NCBI GenBank assembly: GCA_944351395.1
Contig: CALVPP010000003.1
Location: 1 to 52,257, forward strand
Source of the DNA: an uncultured Bacilli bacterium
GTDB taxonomy: Bacteria > Bacillota_I > Bacilli_A > RFN20 > CAG-826
Length of the DNA stretch: 52,257 nt
Reading direction: 5' to 3'
Every line of letters begins with the position of its first letter. The first letter of the stretch is position 1. This document shows, piece after piece, positions 48,088 through 52,257 of this stretch. The translations under genes and the position numbers were made by a program. Under the pieces are notes generated by a model that worked only from the letters and a program-made list of their open reading frames with translations, had not been told where the DNA came from and made no database searches.

Positions 48088-49395
48088 TCATTTTTTACCC
48101 CTAATGATATCTAAAATGCGTTGTCTTTTTTCTTCATCGGTGAGAGATGTTTCAGTTTGTTTTGTATTTTCGGTTTCAATTGTTGAAGTCGTGTCTTCAT
48201 TCTTATCCATATCAATCTGTTTGTTTTCTACATTCTTTTTCTTGCGTGATTTTTTGTCGTAATCATATAAATAATTCATTGTTTCCACTGCATTTTTAAT
48301 ATTTTCCCTCACTAACGAAGCAGCGATTTTTTCCACGTAAGAACGAGACAGAACATTGTTATTTTTCGTAAGACAATAATCTATCAAGACGTTTATGACG
48401 CTGGGAGCGAGATGTAAATTTTTCGATAAATCATCGATGAGATTTAAATCAGCTTGAACAGGTGGACGGTCATTTTGCAAAATTCTTAGAAATTGAGAGG
48501 GAGGGGTTTCTTCCATAAGTTTAACTTTTTCTCCAAGAGGGTTATTAGAAAAATAATTGAAGTAAGTTCTATTTTTCTTACGCACGGAAGAAGGTATGTG
48601 ACCTACTTGCCATTTCAAATCTTTGCTAAATTTCGCTAAATCGACTTCACCGCTATCTAAGTCGATGTCATTAACGATAATTTCAGCGCTACTAACTTCA
48701 TCGACGCCAAAAAGTGTCGACAATCTCGCTATTTCATCGAATCGTTCATCACTCACAAAACTATCTTTGATATTCGGCAATAATTCTTTAACCTTATTCA
48801 TGAAAGTTGTTTTATCAAAAGTAATATCTAATTTTCTAACGCTGCGTTTTTTGCTATTGAGTATCTTACAATTTTTCGGATCAAAATTATCGATGTCACC
48901 GACGTAAACCTCGATGAAATCCTTGCTCATTTTCTTCATATCTCTCGGCAAATCCTCGTTTTTATAGAAGAGACGAAGACGATTAACTTCTCTCTCTCCT
49001 AACGCTTTCAAAAGCAAGCCAGAGAGTAAATCATCATGAAAAAAATCGATAGGTAAAAGAGGTGACTTAAGATAAAATGCAATTTCTTTTCTATCGCTAT
49101 CATTATCACGAACATAAGTCTCTAAGAGATTAATACCTTCTAATTTATGTATCGCTTCTTCTAATCTTGATGTGCTAATATTTAGTCTCATCAAAAGACT
49201 ATCGATAGGTAAAATTGGCGATAACGCTTTATCTTCGCCAATTCCTTTAAGTGCGAAATATAAGCTAAAAGCGTCGGAACCGATAATTGGCAAATATAAA
49301 TTAGCGAGTAAAGATACGTCGCTATCTGACAAGTGATGAGCGAAGCGAACTTCAAAGATGTCATTTTGATTCGATATTAAACTACTAATAATCAT
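48088..49395 (-). CDS. dnaB: Replication initiation and membrane attachment protein DnaB (Firmicutes type)
   Basis: LYLPIIGSDAFSLY, KLEGINLLETY, PL.PIDFF, VINVLIDY, YVEKIA. Confidence 0.9.
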   Translation of the reverse strand: MIISSLISNQNDIFEVRFAHHLSDSDVSLLANLYLPIIGSDAFSLYFALKGIGEDKALSPILPIDSLLMRLNISTSRLEEAIHKLEGINLLETYVRDNDSDRKEIAFYLKSPLLPIDFFHDDLLSGLLLKALGEREVNRLRLFYKNEDLPRDMKKMSKDFIEVYVGDIDNFDPKNCKILNSKKRSVRKLDITFDKTTFMNKVKELLPNIKDSFVSDERFDEIARLSTLFGVDEVSSAEIIVNDIDLDSGEVDLAKFSKDLKWQVGHIPSSVRKKNRTYFNYFSNNPLGEKVKLMEETPPSQFLRILQNDRPPVQADLNLIDDLSKNLHLAPSVINVLIDYCLTKNNNVLSRSYVEKIAASLVRENIKNAVETMNYLYDYDKKSRKKKNVENKQIDMDKNEDTTSTIETENTKQTETSLTDEEKRQRILDIIRGKK

Positions 49396-49627
49396 AATTG
49401 TTCTAGGCGATAAAAATAACTTTAAATCGCTAATAAATTATAACTTTGTTATTTGCTTTTTTTAACATCAAATAAATTGAAAAAATATTTTGTCATCAAT
49501 GTTTATAAATAATTCAAGTCTGGCACTAGAAAAAGATGAATTATACACATTTTCCACAACTTTTAAATATATTCATATATTTGAGATAATCGGTTATAAT
49601 GTATACAACAAATTGGGGATTAAAATA

Positions 49628-51457
49628 ATGGATAATAATAGCATTCTAGAGCCACGTAAAATGTATTTTGGTAAAATCAAACAAGAAGTCGTAGATGCTT
49701 CGACCAAATATTTTGATGATTTAGTCAAAATTGCAAATGTAAACGAGGACGAAAACGATGTCCTTTCAAAAAAATACGAGAAAAATATTAAAAATAGAGA
49801 ACAAAAACAAAAGAAACTAAACGTTAGTAAAGGTGTAAGAACTTTATTTATATTCCTCGTCATCGTCGGTCTCATATGTTTTGGCGTCGGAATGTATTTT
49901 ACAATCGTCCCACAAAATTTGCCAATTGGTCTTAGTTTACTAATTCCTGGCATCGCTGTCGCCATCTTATTTTTCACTCTGATTTTCACTTACTCAAATA
50001 AACTTATAAAGCATAATCAAAAATTGTTTAATGAGGCAAAAAAAGAAGAAGAACAATCTTTTAACGAAGTAAAAAATAACATCGCTCCACTCATCGCAAG
50101 ATTCGATGAGACGATTCCGACGAAAATTATTCGTTCTAGCGTTCCTCTCATTCAAATCGATGATTATTTCGACATTAAAAAATTTGAATATATGAATGAA
50201 AAATATGGCTTCATGGATAACGAAGACCAAAATAGTTCTACCACTTTCGTCATGAGCGGATCAATCGTAGGCAATCCTTTCTTGCTCTTAAGAAATTTAA
50301 ATAAGACTATGTATGATAAACTTTACACTGGCTCAATCGTCATTTCTTGGTCTGAAACCGTATCCGATGGAAAAGGCGGCACGCGCACGATAATGAGGAC
50401 GCAAACACTGACGGCAAGTGTGCGTAAACCTGCTCCGCGATATGATTATTATACGCATCTAGTATACGCAAATGATGCTGCTCCTAAACTAAGCTTTTCC
50501 AGGAAACCATCAGGCGTTACTCCTGATGATGAAAAAGCTATTGAAAAATTTGTTGAGAAAAAAGCTGAAGAAATTAGAAGTTACGCTGATAAAGCTCTCA
50601 AACAAGGCAAAAAATTCACTCCATTCACCAATGAAAAATTTGAGGCTCTCTTTGGTGGAACTGATCGCGATAACGAAGTAGAATTTAGATTGCTCTTTAC
50701 ACCTCTTGCACAACAAAATCTCATCGATCTCATCACTCATAAAGAACCATTCGGCGATGATTTTACTATCATAAAACGAAAATGTTTAAATTATCTTTCT
50801 AGTAACCATTCTCAACAATTTGACATTTCTGGTGACCCCACCAATTACGTCCATTATAGCGTCAAAGAAAGTAGAAAAAAATTCGTCGAATATATCTCAA
50901 ATTACTTTAAGGGATTATATTTTGATCTCGCTCCACTTATTTCCATACCGTTATATCAACAAAATAAACCTTTCGAATACATTTATAAAAAGGATTATGG
51001 TCGCAATTACACGAGTTATGATGAAGAAGCGCTTGTCAATCATTTTGATCAATCGCTTTTCCTACATCCAGCTAGTAGAACTCACGCTATTTTGAAAATC
51101 GTTGACGCTTATAGACAAGGTAAAACCGATCAAGTGACAGTTCGCGCTCATTCTTATCGCACCGAGCCACGCGTCGATTACATTCCTGTTTTAGGTGGTG
51201 ATGGTCGTACTCACGCGGTGCCTGTTCATTGGGATGAATACATTCCTTTAGAACAAGATACAGCAGTGAATATTAAACGCATTGGAAAGACGCGCCACGA
51301 ATTCAACGACCAAAGCGATAAAATGATGAACAAATTCGGTGAGTTTATATCAAAAGATAATTCTACTTATAATCGCGGATATTTTGGTTATGTATCTACT
51401 GATAATAGGAATATAGATAGTGAAATTGACGAAATATTCCGCTATAATGATAATTAG
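49628..51457 (+). CDS. Two-TM membrane protein with a large soluble domain, LemA-associated (resembles the Mycoplasma MAG1210-like family)
   Basis: ATG 49628 after GGGG; coiled coil-TM-TM-coiled coil, then SGSIVGNPF, FSRKP, DRDNEVEFRLLFTPLAQ, GGDG..H.VPV.W; family name recalled, not searched. Confidence 0.7.
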   Translation: MDNNSILEPRKMYFGKIKQEVVDASTKYFDDLVKIANVNEDENDVLSKKYEKNIKNREQKQKKLNVSKGVRTLFIFLVIVGLICFGVGMYFTIVPQNLPIGLSLLIPGIAVAILFFTLIFTYSNKLIKHNQKLFNEAKKEEEQSFNEVKNNIAPLIARFDETIPTKIIRSSVPLIQIDDYFDIKKFEYMNEKYGFMDNEDQNSSTTFVMSGSIVGNPFLLLRNLNKTMYDKLYTGSIVISWSETVSDGKGGTRTIMRTQTLTASVRKPAPRYDYYTHLVYANDAAPKLSFSRKPSGVTPDDEKAIEKFVEKKAEEIRSYADKALKQGKKFTPFTNEKFEALFGGTDRDNEVEFRLLFTPLAQQNLIDLITHKEPFGDDFTIIKRKCLNYLSSNHSQQFDISGDPTNYVHYSVKESRKKFVEYISNYFKGLYFDLAPLISIPLYQQNKPFEYIYKKDYGRNYTSYDEEALVNHFDQSLFLHPASRTHAILKIVDAYRQGKTDQVTVRAHSYRTEPRVDYIPVLGGDGRTHAVPVHWDEYIPLEQDTAVNIKRIGKTRHEFNDQSDKMMNKFGEFISKDNSTYNRGYFGYVSTDNRNIDSEIDEIFRYNDN

Positions 51458-51478
51458 ACCAAAGGAGGTTATAAATAT

Positions 51479-52135
51479 ATGGCTAATGCATTAGACGAGA
51501 TGAGTGGTCCGACTTTAGAAGAAGGACGTGATACACGAGTCATCGCTAAACAAGTTCCTGTATCGATTGGTAAAGGCAGTAAAGCACTCGTCGTTTTCCT
51601 TTACATCATCACTTTCGGTATATATCTTATCGTCAAGAAGAAAACGGAGAGTCATTTCTTACAATTAGAACAAAAAATTAACACGAACGCTTCCGAAATC
51701 GACAATTATCTAGAACAACGCGTCATGATTTTGCAAAATGCAGCAAAATTGTTAGATAAAGCTATCGATCTCGACAAGACGACGATGACAGAAATTGCTA
51801 AATATCGTTCTGGCAACGCAAATAATGATAACGTGCGTAATGATATCGCTACAAAGATGGAAGCTATCGGTCATCAAATTAGTGTCGCTTTCGAACAATA
51901 TCCGGATTTAAAAGCACACCAAGAAATTGCTGATTGTTTGCAACAAAATTCTTATTTGCAACGCGAAATTACTGCTGCTAGAACTGTTTATAACGATTCT
52001 ATCAATCAATGGAATCGCGATGTCAATCAATGGCTCATCAAACAATATGTGGCAGCAAAAGCTGGCTATACGACACGTATTCCGTTTGCTACGACGAGCG
52101 AAATTAGAGAAAAGGCTCGTGACGTCTTCTTTTAA
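51479..52135 (+). CDS. lemA: LemA family protein
   Basis: N-terminal TM, SEIDNYLEQR, FEQYPDLKA, EITAARTVYND; RBS AAGGAGG. Confidence 0.93.
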   Translation: MANALDEMSGPTLEEGRDTRVIAKQVPVSIGKGSKALVVFLYIITFGIYLIVKKKTESHFLQLEQKINTNASEIDNYLEQRVMILQNAAKLLDKAIDLDKTTMTEIAKYRSGNANNDNVRNDIATKMEAIGHQISVAFEQYPDLKAHQEIADCLQQNSYLQREITAARTVYNDSINQWNRDVNQWLIKQYVAAKAGYTTRIPFATTSEIREKARDVFF

Positions 52136-52257
52136 TCGCTAAGTAAATAGTTATTTACACCCGCTTCTCTTAGTTCAGAAATGAGAGGTACCCAGTTTCC
52201 TAGACATTAAATGTTTGTTAACTGGATTATATCATAAGACTAACATGGATGCTTCCC
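52110..52257 (-). ncRNA. ssrS: Probable 3' two-thirds of 6S RNA, truncated by the window edge
   Basis: Minus strand GGGAAGCATCCA can pair with TGGGTACCTCTC; downstream AGCGGGTGTAAA and GACGTCAC resemble the GGGCACCC...AGCGGGTTCAAA...ACGGCAC blocks of Bacilli 6S-1 RNA in the same order and with similar spacing. Confidence 0.5.

Noticed and set aside
368-52142. Short 60-131 aa ORFs overlapping long genes (e.g. 547-747, 2815-3120, 18725-19003, 41697-42044, 49594-49989)
   Set aside because: Antisense or alternate-frame shadows of well-supported genes, with no RBS or recognisable motifs
52170-52245. Purine or preQ1 riboswitch at the window end
   Set aside because: Core aptamer motifs absent and no downstream gene on the minus strand; a 6S-like reading fits better
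1-52257. CRISPR arrays, IS elements, prophage, defence genes, genetic code 4
   Set aside because: No repeat-spacer arrays, transposases or phage hallmark genes seen; TGA terminates conserved genes such as lon, ftsA, mraZ and dnaE

Overview
AT-rich chromosomal window from a reduced-genome Bacilli lineage. It uses genetic code 11 (TGA is a stop), and gene content resembles RF39/RFN20/Erysipelotrichales/Acholeplasma-like organisms (inference). It is mostly housekeeping: tig-lon-engB (no clpX), uvrC, rnhC, T-box-ileS-lspA-rluD, a minimal mraZ-rsmH-(ftsL-like)-ftsA-ftsZ cluster with no mur/pbp genes, T-box-pheS-pheT-yceD, glgB-glgP-dUTPase-M42 peptidase, ackA-nrnA-dnaE-polA-mutM/coaE fusion, dnaB-dnaI, a LemA pair, tRNA-Arg(UCU) and probably the 3' part of 6S RNA. 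I saw no CRISPR, IS or integrase. Best leads: (1) a nickel-pincer cofactor operon larC-larB-larE whose first gene is not larA but a frameshifted, internally deleted DUF362 gene, a candidate non-LarA cofactor client; (2) a structured C/U-rich anti-Shine-Dalgarno RNA inside the division cluster; (3) a pheS T-box that appears to sequester the RBS instead of terminating; (4) a DnaI with degenerate Walker motifs; (5) two surface lipoproteins (tandem OB-fold and ComEC-type nuclease) suggesting extracellular nucleic-acid capture; (6) several apparently leaderless genes. All calls come from reading the sequence by eye; no searches were run.
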